From NCBI RefSeq assembly GCF_000150275.1, contig NW_002060946.1:2127454-2191453 (forward strand): DNA of 64,000 nucleotides, read 5' to 3'. The stretch is from Trichoplax adhaerens (Eukaryota; Animalia; Placozoa). Both the position numbers and the translations under genes were made by a program. Positions 53,620-64,000 of this stretch are shown here, piece by piece. Positions within the stretch are counted from its first letter, which is position 1. Each line of letters begins with the position of its first letter. The notes under the pieces are model-generated. The model saw only the letters and a list, made by a program, of their open reading frames with translations. It was not told the DNA's origin and did no database searches.

Positions 53620-56534
53620 TTTTTAGAATCGATGAATAATTCCTATAAGAAACGAAAACAGCATCTAATCTACATTCAATAATATCGATAGCGGCTATGT
53701 ACGTCCAAGTAATTAAAAATCGATGAAAACTGCTATTGAAAATCCAATTTAGAGGTATGTTACCGTGATTTTACGAGGATGTTGTTGATCCTCTTACCTG
53801 CGATGAGTGGTAGTTGATTCAATCAAACTAGTTCTGAAACGGACTAATTTCGATTAGACACAAAGTTTGAGGGAGAACCATTCATGTGTTGTAAATTGCA
53901 ATGTAACCCGTAGTTAAAACATCAACAACACTCTTTGTTCTGTAGTTTCTTCCCACTCTTTATGGTTCGTACCATTTTATCACGATCTTCAACTTGTCTT
54001 TTGTTTGATGTAAATTGTGGAATGTTAACGAAGTTTGTAATAACAGCTTGCCATTATATTCGCATAATTTATAAGACGTTTTAAAAATTGAAACATATGT
54101 TCTAAAACTCAAATTCAATACTACTTAGATAACATTTATTCTATCTGTTCTATTTGGATGATAAAGTTCTTACTGTAATACTATTGAAGAAAGGTTGATT
54201 AAATTACTACGGTATGTGCTAATTCTGATAAATATTAATTGTCGTGTTCAAACTGGCCATCGATATATACATTGTTTATAGTAATCGGAATGGACTGCCA
54301 TTGCTTAGTTTTGCTACAAGAATAGCTAGTGGAAAAGATAAATATTGTACACCCGCTGCAAGGGGACAGCATGTGAATTACTAGAAAGAAGAAACTACTA
54401 ATGCGATGGAGGGTTCGAAGAGTCAGATAATGTGGTTTTAGTTGTCATGCAGAGAATTGCACAAGGAGCATAAGAAAAGAGGATACTTTATTGTAGATAG
54501 TAGTTAGGTACAATGTGATAATTACGGTAGATCAGCGTGGTAGCTGCCGTGAGTAAAGTGTGAATACTAACTGTGACTAATAATACAACTTAAGAAATCT
54601 AAGGTAGAAAACGGCGGTATTTATAGCTATGGCATTAGAACACATGCAGAGAACATAATTGTAGGATTAGATACAACATATACCATGACAGGTTATAGAA
54701 AAGCAGATGATAGTAGAAAATAGCGAGGAATGTAATAACTAAATGTAGTAAGCCATATTTGAATATAGAGCGAACAGACTGTAAATGTGTCTGTATTTAA
54801 TAGTAATACAAAATGTCTATATTTAAGAGTAGATTACAGTTGCAGTACAAACCAAATACACTACAACTTATATACTTTTTAATTTGACCTTCTTGCTGGT
54901 TAAGGTCGTTGTTTATATAAGACAAGAAGTTATCACCACCGCACTTTGTTAGAGCTAATATTAAAGATATATAGCTTAATATTTTTACTGTATTATTAGG
55001 CCAGAGTGAACAGTAGGAATTATTGCTGCATTTCATTAGGGTAGTTGAGTATAAAATCACCGTGGAATTGATGTAAAGACTACGGATGCAAATATGTGTA
55101 GCTATTGCAAAAAAATTGTATATAACTTGGTAGATGGTATAACTCGGCAAGATGTAGAATAAAATCAGTTCTCTATTTTCTCATCTAATGTTATCTTGTT
55201 GCTAAGCTGATTATAAAATAGAGTTGCACCACATAAATTGAAATATTCTTAAGATTGTTATTATTAACTATCTTAGGCATGGATAAATAGTGATGAAAAC
55301 AAGATGATACCTTCAATAGATGCTCAAAACCAGCCTATAAACTTGATTAGAATCTCCGATAAAATAACTAAAACATAATCGATATTGCTGCCTTAATATT
55401 AGAGATACACAACATTTAATAACGGGTCAATTTTAGATCAGTTACCAGGAGTATCGTAGAGGCGATAAAGTATTAAAAATGCACTTGCGTGTTCGAAGTA
55501 ATCTTCACAATTGTACAGCTCATGGGAATAAGTGTGGCGGAATTACAGTAATCGAGTTATTGAAGGAAAAATACAAATTGACGCCGTCTATGTGAAATTA
55601 TAAGTTAAATACCTCCATATTGTGCAGTGATTTCAGTTATAATTTTGAACTACTTGATTGCCAATATTAAAGATCGGAGCTTGTATATTAAAAACTAAGA
55701 TTTTGAAATATTCTTCAATGTTAGTAATCGATTCTATTCGTTATTAGCATTCTTTATAAAGTTAACAAGATTGTTTTTCGTTGTAGATATTCAAATTCTT
55801 AAAGGATTACGTGCAGTAATAATGGATAATTTCAATAAGATTCTTAATAGTGAAGAAAGATTTTTATGCATTTTAAAAATCTCAACACCCTTTGATATTA
55901 AAATTAAAATCAGAATGTTTAATGCATATCTAAAGCGTTTATAATCCTCATTAATATTACCAAAGAAGGAAAGGTTCTCATTTTTGACATTGGTTATGTT
56001 CAAAACAATACAATATGAAGTTTATAAATATGCTTAATAACGGCAATAAAGCACATGTCAGACAGTTGATATTATTTATTTTCCATTTGTTATATCTATT
56101 CGACATAGTACTGTACATATGCTCAGACTTCTTGTTGCCTCATATACTAGCTTAAAAGGAGAAAAGTTCTTCCAAGTTTTCAGATAGCTGTACCACCATT
56201 GCATTCGGTAATAAATACCTCATATGCATCAAATAGCGTTTAATAAAGATTAGATAAGCATATATATCAATAAGGTGTGAATTATTTTTCCATCACTTAT
56301 ATCATTCTAGTATGTGGTTTATAAATGCAAAGAGCCTTTCCTGCTTGACGATATTATCTGGGGAAGGAGAGATTGCTAATTTTTTTATAGTTCAAAGCTG
56401 ACTTAGTCTAATAACAGTAACTCGCGTATCCGTTATTTACTACGAGAACGTACATCTTGTAAGGTACTTATGAATAATTTCTATCAGCTACCGCTTTCTA
56501 CTCGCCTGTAGTTACATTAAATTGTAGTTGCAGC

Positions 56535-59500
56535 TTAGACTGCCTTGGCAAGTACAGTATTTCCATTTCTCCTGGGTTCTCGAAAATAAAATAGTCGATA
56601 AAGTTGAAGACAAGGATGTAACGTTTTACCTCTAGTGTAGAAAAAATTATATCCTAAAATATAATCCATAATATATTTCTTTAATATGTTTTGCTTTTGA
56701 TCGTCATTTAGAGCTGCATCGGTAAGGTAAGCCATACTTGCCATCATAGTAACGTGAGATATAACTGTTCCTGATAAAGTATTACTCAAGGTAGTAATAT
56801 TATTAATAATATTAAAAGAAGCTACAGCCGTTATAAAGCACGCAGCTATACATGCTATAGCAATAACACGAGTTATTAATTGGCTAAAATTAGCTGCCAA
56901 TCTTGGAGCATGATTGCTAAGATAACGATGAAATTCGATCGGGATGCCGACTTCAGTATTCTCATCCGATGTAGATTTTACATTATAATAGAACGGTTTC
57001 AGACTGAGTTGTAGAGCATCTACATGTTGATCACTTAACTCTACCATAATTTTTTGACGTAAGTCGTTTAGATCGTTATTAAATCTAGAAAACTCGACGT
57101 CATAAATTTTACTCCCATTTTCATCTATCTTATCTAATTGAAATTTTACAAAGATACATTGTTGCTCGTATCGAAATTCTGTATCGCATTCCATTGCTAA
57201 TAATTCTAATCTAGCTCGTATTACTTCACGAAGATTTTCTAGTCTTATAGGTAGATCGACCTCGACTCCTTTAGGAGTAACGATAAATAAAATTTCCATT
57301 TGTCCATCATCGTTGGATAAGTAATCGTCTATATCAGATTGTATTTCATCTTGTAAATCAAGGATATTTTTAGATAGTAATATTTTATCGGCGGAATAAC
57401 CTTGCAGTGCTTGTCTTGTAAAATAGATAAAAGGGAAACTTGGAGCTAAATAAGCTGAAAAGAAATTACTATGCGCAATAATAAAAGCAGTCGATGTAAT
57501 TAAAATTCTAATCAATAACTGCAATACTGACCATATTAAAAACATTTCCACAGAGCAATATAGGACAGAAATGATGTAAACAGCGGCTTTGATAAATGCT
57601 TTAGAATGGGATAATTTTTTACTATGGCAATGAAACTTTTGGCACAATCGATATGTGATCACATCCGCTTTACGAAACGCATAATATTCTAACGATAGCT
57701 TATTTATGATAGCAAACGGGGCACAGCAAAGTAAAACTATGAGCATAGTAATAAATTTCCACCATGTTTGAATGTCGCAGACGTTCTGGGTTAATTGCCG
57801 TAGTGTTTTACTCAGTTTGCCTACATACCAAGATAATCGAAAAATAAATTCTCTTTCTGTATATTTCAATATTTTTTCATCTCGATAAGCGATAGAGTTT
57901 TCTGCTTCTTCACCTCCGCAATGCACTACTGGTATCAAGGCAATGATCGTTAAGCATCCAAAGGTAATACCGATAATTAAAAACACTGTATACATCTCAT
58001 ATGGGAAAGGCAACTGATGAAGGACAGGAATAGGAAGGAAATGATAAGGGTAGCCTTGTAACCAAGTCGATGCCATAAATCCAGTCATGCTTATAACATA
58101 AAGTAAAACATAACGCGTCCATAATCTAGAGCACTGAGCGGACTGATACATAAATCTCCTCAGACGATCGCTGGTGCCTTCGTATTTATATCTGCTAACC
58201 AATCTTAAATGAACATATTCTGATAAATCAGTAGTACCTATATTTTCCTTCCTGAAATACATAATATAGATTTAACTATCAATGTGATACTCATAACGAA
58301 AATTTTGAGGAAAGAGATAATAATGTAAATTGTATTAATAGTAAGGTCAGCATATTAATCAGACTGCGTTTAATATTTCACATAGGATCTATAACGGTAT
58401 TAAATAATAGAGGAGATGATACTATAAAAGTATAAATTTAATAACGGAAATCATAGGAAAAGGACAAGAATAGAATTTACATTGATATCGATATTAACAT
58501 ATCAATCAGATTATATTAAGGATTTTACAAGCAATTTTTGGGTACTGTTTAAATGACAGACTTATCTTTGAAGACTGGCAGTATACTGCTGATAAGCAGA
58601 TGTTATTAAAAGTAAAAATTGAAGGACTGTAAACATTATCCAATTTAGAAAAGCCAATTATACTTATTTACCTATTCTATATCCTATCAAGTGGTTGTTT
58701 ATTGATAAGATGAAAAGCAAAGAGACATGATTAATTAAGTAATTATAATTTGAGAATAAGCCTTAGATACGATTTTGAACGGATTATTGCTAGCTTTAGA
58801 ACTTCATGCTCAGTAACATGATTGTGATAGTATAGTATAACATGAGTAACCAGGAAAATAGGTTACGAAATAGCATAAATTTTAATTCAATAAATAGAAA
58901 GATAGATAGTTTGCGAGTTAGCTATTTAGATGGATAAAGGACAATTTTCAAATATTGTTAGGATCAAGTAATTAAAATATTACTTGTAAGCATAGTACTC
59001 ACCAATGAACATTGGGTATATCATGAATAAACCATTTTATGGCACCAGCAGCAAAAATAACGCTCAAAAAAATGGACACATAACGGAAGGCAACTAGAAA
59101 TGGTGATATGCTATAAGGAATATCGCAGGTTTCATTATTACTAAGGATTCGACAGCATGCAAATGTAATATCATCGAGTGGAGTAGAGATATTAATTAAT
59201 CGTTTGCATATTGTACCGCAGGTTTTGCCAACACAACTTGATTGGATATTAGCAAACTGCTTAAGGGCGGTAAAAGTGCATAGATCACGTTGAGCTTTAT
59301 TGGTTATATTGCGATAGCATCCCATTGGAAATTGATCAATTGTCACGTTCATGCTATCTTCAAAAAATAGAGGTAATACTGAAGATAGGATGAAGAGATC
59401 GACCGGAATAGTCATTAATGATGGTCCAAAATCTAATCGAACCCAAGCAAATACTGTATGATCTTCAGGTTGAAAAAGTGTTCTATTATAAACATCTAAC

Positions 59501-59685
59501 AAGGATAAAAATAGAACATGAATTGAGGGCAGGCTGCTTTTTATTTTTAGGTTTCTAACATCTTTGGATGATGATACGGCAATGCTGCAGTAATCATCGC
59601 AAGCATACTTTCGACATTGCATACAAGGAATACCCATCAATAAAACAACTATCAATGTGAAGAAAATTGTTCCCATTGCAGGCAT
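56535..59685 (-). CDS. Uncharacterised multi-pass membrane protein with Cys-rich ectodomain, tandem copy B (complete, ~799 aa)
   Basis: Exon 1 is 59003-59685, ending CAT TG|gtgagt. Exon 2 is 56535-58251, starting tttcag|G AAG GAA. The phases match (TG+G=Trp) and the total of 2400 nt is in frame. Signal peptide, about 12 ectodomain Cys and about 9 hydrophobic segments. The alternative ATG is at 59676. Confidence 0.9.
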
Positions 59686-62600
59686 GATTGCTCTGGATAA
59701 ATACTTATTAACTTGAAAGATCAACAATGCCTGTATAAGTATGTAGAAAAGAAGCCGTTGTAATCAAGCTTATTTACTAGAAAAATAATCTCTTGCTCAA
59801 AATTGTTCAATTAATTATTAATACTCTAGTTTTATGTTTTATCCAATACTATACTTGCCAATAGGTTTAACCTCAACTTATTCGCTGTTTGGTGTTATTA
59901 TACGATCTTGAAGTTGTGCCAATTGCAATATCAAGTGTGGTAGAAGTTAACGTTCAAAATACAAGAAATAACTGTTTTACAACTCTTCCTGTCATTAAAG
60001 GATATTTCCGAATCAAATATCAATTCTGAATTGAACTTGGTTAATCGCTAAAAAAAATATCAGATGCTCTTTAGGGGTAAATGTTTTTACATTATTATCC
60101 TTTTACCTATTATAAGTTAATCCCAATTACTTCGATAATTGATGTAAATCATTCACTATTAATGAAAAATTTCAACTATAATTTGTTGATTCATAGTTTA
60201 CAATATTGTGTTAAGTTTAAACATATGTTATATACTTGTAATTCTGTAATTTAATAATGCTGTAATTATAATTTAATATTGCCTAGACTACATGATGCTT
60301 TTCATTAATAACAGTAAACTATTCCACGTTGTTTACTAGGTGAATATAGTATTTAGTACTGTTATCATAGATGGGTTGATACAATTATGCAAGTTATTGC
60401 TATGGAATTCTAAAACTAATGCCGACGATCTTATTAGGACTTACCATTGGGATATACGTGTTCACTGTAGTATTACACGTAGAAGTCAACAAGGACCTTT
60501 GCAGTACTAATATCGTAGTAGAAATGATAGAGAAGATAAAAGCTTATGTATATTTGCTTCGATACTGCAATCTATAAGTTTGTACTACAAAGTATATTCA
60601 GATAGTTACGGCCACAACCATCTTGTTGCAGGCTAGTTGTGGATTAAAAATATTGGTAAGGATCACTACAGCAGTATCTTATCAGAACTAATATAGAAAT
60701 ACAGTTTGGTGTTTTGATCATATCACTACAGCGCAGTAAATACGGGATTATAGTAATCTAGCTCTCTTTTTAATATAAGAGTTGTACTTGGAATACACCG
60801 TAGCCTCTACACAAAATTATCTTCGATTACCACCATAAGTTGTTATGACATTGATGAACGTATCCATGCTATATTACTGTATAACTAAGAGATAAATTGA
60901 CAACTACTTTGTGATTAACATTATGATAATTATAAGCTAATTTGCAGTAGAAGTAACGTAGATATTATGTCATAATTGCTGTACTGCTGGCTACAGAGGA
61001 GGAATAATCCAAAGCAGATGGCCATTGACAGATGAATGATTCAGTTTTATTATTTAATTACTCACTAATACATGAATTATTTACTGTAATTTTATGATAT
61101 TGCAATGATCAAGTAATAGTCTTTTACTATTATTATAGTATTCTTTATGTCAAACTGTTGATGATAGTTACTACGCATGCAGTAAAAATACCCGTTAATG
61201 ATAGAGCAGGATCAGTTACTAAAACAGCTAGTTAATTTACTATTCGTCAACGAGTTTATGAAGAGTAAATTGGGTCAGAAATACTGAGCTAAGAAATAAA
61301 GAGCATGAAATCAAAGTGATTAAGAACATTTATATCAGTACAGTTGTAATGTAACTGGTATTGTGATTGTAGACTGTTAGCCATGTTTAGTATAATGTGC
61401 GGTAGATATTTGGTAGCTATAACTATAGACTGTAGCGGTAGAGACTCATGCTAAAGTACAGATGACTATATACGGTAAGATGTTGAGCTACTAATAAGGC
61501 TACAGGTAAAAATAGAACTGTAAATTATATATTAGGATATGGTTAATTCATTGTACTTTGGCTGGTGTGAATAATGTCTACGTAAGTCTGTAGTCGTATC
61601 CATATTGGATTAATGATGGTCCGCAGTAGAATAGTCTTACTAAGAATAATTTAACTATGTGTAAAATAAGGTAAAAGGTTGCCATGCGGATTGTAGCTGC
61701 GAATGCTACGAAAAGTATAAAAGCATGCAACTTTAGATTATTCTGTTAGTTCGTTCTAAAAGTCTTTAGTGGTAGTATTCGGCTAGAGTAGAGCTGTGTG
61801 TAGTTAATCTTTGTATAAGATTCAATAAAGCCCTTATTTTTCTAAAATTTGGAATCTCGTGTGATGGGTATATTATCCGTATATATCACATTACAGTATT
61901 TCAAGCTAATAGCCTTTCTGGTGACTAAGCTAGTACGCTATTCAGAGACATTTATGGCTAAAACAGAGACAGAGTGCTCCGCTAACCTACAATATTAGTA
62001 TAAAGGCTTGCCATTAGATATCTGAAAGATCTCTACTGTTATTTACACCTTTACGTAAATAGCTAATAACAAGAAGAGCCCACGGGCTATTGCTATCCGG
62101 TAGAGTGGACAAATAGTCCTGGAAAACTTAAAATATGAAAGAACTAAAAAACAATCTATTCTACAATCAAAATAAACTTAGTGAACAGAATTCTAAAATT
62201 ACAATCGGTGATTTCACCACAACACACACTGTTTATCTTCATAAACAGTATATCATTCACAGCGTGAAGAGACCATTAATAATAATATTGATAAATTCAT
62301 CATCGCTAGCTAGGGATGATCATATTTGGAAATTACGACATTTTCACCTACCAAAATATTTCCATAGCTCTAACGATACTCCTATACCAGGATTATAATT
62401 ATATTAATCAACATGATAGGAAAATCTAATAGATGACAAATGAAATCGATTTGCTGAATAGTTGTAATTTTATCATTTGTTAACTACGATAATTTTACTA
62501 TAAGTAATATTGTTATTCATGAGGTATCAAGGAAATGGGACTGTAGATTTGATAATTTAAGAACTATAATTAACATCATGATTCAATAAATCATTTATAG

Positions 62601-62851
62601 CAGTTCTCAACAGGGATTATTCCTAGCTGTTATTACCTACGAAACAGAGTTGCAATCTATAGTCAATATGAAGTAGTATTTATCAACTTCGTGCTGTTAA
62701 TGATCTTAATGATCAAGCATGTTGAACGTGTGATACGTGATGTAAGTTTTATAACGGTAAAAGGACAAGATTGCCAATAGAAATGTTAAGACATCTTCCA
62801 TCGTTCACGCCTTTCTAACATAATACATACGATAATAGCCGTTTTAGTAGC

Positions 62852-64000
62852 TTAGACGATTGCAGGAGAAGAATTCTTGCGATCTTGCACAGTTCCACGA
62901 GAATAGAAAGTTTGATGAAACTGAAGACAGGGATGTAAAGTTTTACCTCTACTGTAAAAGAAATTGTATCCCAAGATGTAATCTAATATATATTTCTTTA
63001 ATACTTGTTGCTTTTGGCTCTCGCTCAAGTCTTTGCTGGTAAAGTAAGACATACTTGACATCATGGTGACAAAGGATAAAATAGTTCCTGATAGAGCATT
63101 ACTTAATGAATTGATGTTGTTGATGATATTAAAGGAAGCTACAGCCGTTATAAAGCATCCCCCAATAGTGGCTATCGCAATAATGCGACTTAGTAGTTGG
63201 CCAAAGCTTGTTGCTAATCCAGATGCTTGGTAACTAAGATAGTTATAAAACTCGATAGGAATACCCACATCAGTAAGTTCACCTTCTTCATCGTGTAGAT
63301 CATAATAGAACGGTTTCAAATTGAATTGTAGGGTATGCAATTGTTGATGACTTAATTCTTCTTCAATTTTATAACGTAAATCGTTCAAATAATCATTAAA
63401 TTGTGAGAATTTAACGCTGTAAATTTTCTCGCCATTTCCATCGGTGCCATCCTGTCGAAATTTTACAACAATTGATTGCTGCTCGTATCGAAATTCTGTC
63501 TCACATTCTATTGTTAACAATTCTAATCGAGTTCGTATCATTTCACGAAGATTTTCTAGTCTTATCGGTAGATCGACCTCCACCCCTTTTGGAGTTACAA
63601 TAAATAAAATTTCCATACGTCCCGTATCTTCCGATAAATAATTATCCTCTTCCGATTTTATTTCTTCTTGTAATTCAAGAATAGCCTTCGATAAAGCTAT
63701 TTTATCACCAGAATAGGATTGTATTGCTTGTTTTGCAAAGTAAAGAAATGGAAAACCAGGAGCGAAGTATGATGAGAAGAAGTTGCTATGGGCTACAAGA
63801 AATGCTATTGATGTAATTAAAATTCTAACTATTAATTGTAACGTTGACCATATTAAAAACATTGACAAAACACAAAATAAGACAGAAATGACATAGAGTA
63901 TAGCTTTGATGATAGCTTTAGAATGAGGCACATGTTTGCTATGGCAGTGAAATTTTTTACATAATCGGTAGGCAATAATATCTGCTTTGCGGAATGCATA
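62852..64000 (-). CDS. Uncharacterised multi-pass membrane protein, tandem copy C (partial, 5' part beyond the right edge)
   Basis: The frame stays open to the window end (YAFRKADIIAYRLCKKFHCHSKH...). It shares EILFIVTPKGVEVDLPIRLENLRE, KPFYY, VGIPIEF, CFITAVASFNIINNI and DYILGYNFFY with copies A and B. Confidence 0.88.
   Translation of the reverse strand, partial: YAFRKADIIAYRLCKKFHCHSKHVPHSKAIIKAILYVISVLFCVLSMFLIWSTLQLIVRILITSIAFLVAHSNFFSSYFAPGFPFLYFAKQAIQSYSGDKIALSKAILELQEEIKSEEDNYLSEDTGRMEILFIVTPKGVEVDLPIRLENLREMIRTRLELLTIECETEFRYEQQSIVVKFRQDGTDGNGEKIYSVKFSQFNDYLNDLRYKIEEELSHQQLHTLQFNLKPFYYDLHDEEGELTDVGIPIEFYNYLSYQASGLATSFGQLLSRIIAIATIGGCFITAVASFNIINNINSLSNALSGTILSFVTMMSSMSYFTSKDLSESQKQQVLKKYILDYILGYNFFYSRGKTLHPCLQFHQTFYSRGTVQDRKNSSPAIV

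Noticed and set aside
1-64000. tRNA, rRNA, CRISPR arrays, prokaryotic operons or defence systems, autonomous transposons
   Set aside because: The sequence is spliceosomal-intron-containing animal DNA. GGTTCGAA hits (~25483, ~54412) lack cloverleaf context. There are no regularly spaced repeat-spacer units and no transposase or RT motifs.

Overview
Eukaryotic, AT-rich, compact animal genomic DNA with short (~80-200 bp) GT-AG introns. The style suggests a placozoan such as Trichoplax, which is inference only. The left half (1-31 kb) is a dense housekeeping block: ANAPC4 (-, runs off the left edge), GRAMD4-like (-), G6PD (-, 11 coding exons, 507 aa), two GH20 hexosaminidase-D-like paralogues with intronless CDS and signal anchors (+), and COQ7 (-). 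Most 5' ends in this block carry clusters of a palindromic TACAG/CTGTA pentamer repeat, and a ~245-bp foldback element lies in the G6PD/hexosaminidase divergent intergenic region. The middle (31-49 kb) is gene-poor, with one orphan ORF, two degenerate tandem duplications and weak hints of a decayed LRR gene. The right part (49.9-64 kb) is a head-to-tail array of at least 3 paralogues of an unrecognised ~800-aa protein: signal peptide, Cys-rich ectodomain, ~8-9 TM segments and a large internal soluble domain. The ectodomains are diverged while the internal domain looks homogenised by gene conversion. This array is the best candidate for an undescribed system. There are two assembly gaps (33927-34043, 52195-53087). 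No tRNA, rRNA, CRISPR array or transposase was found.
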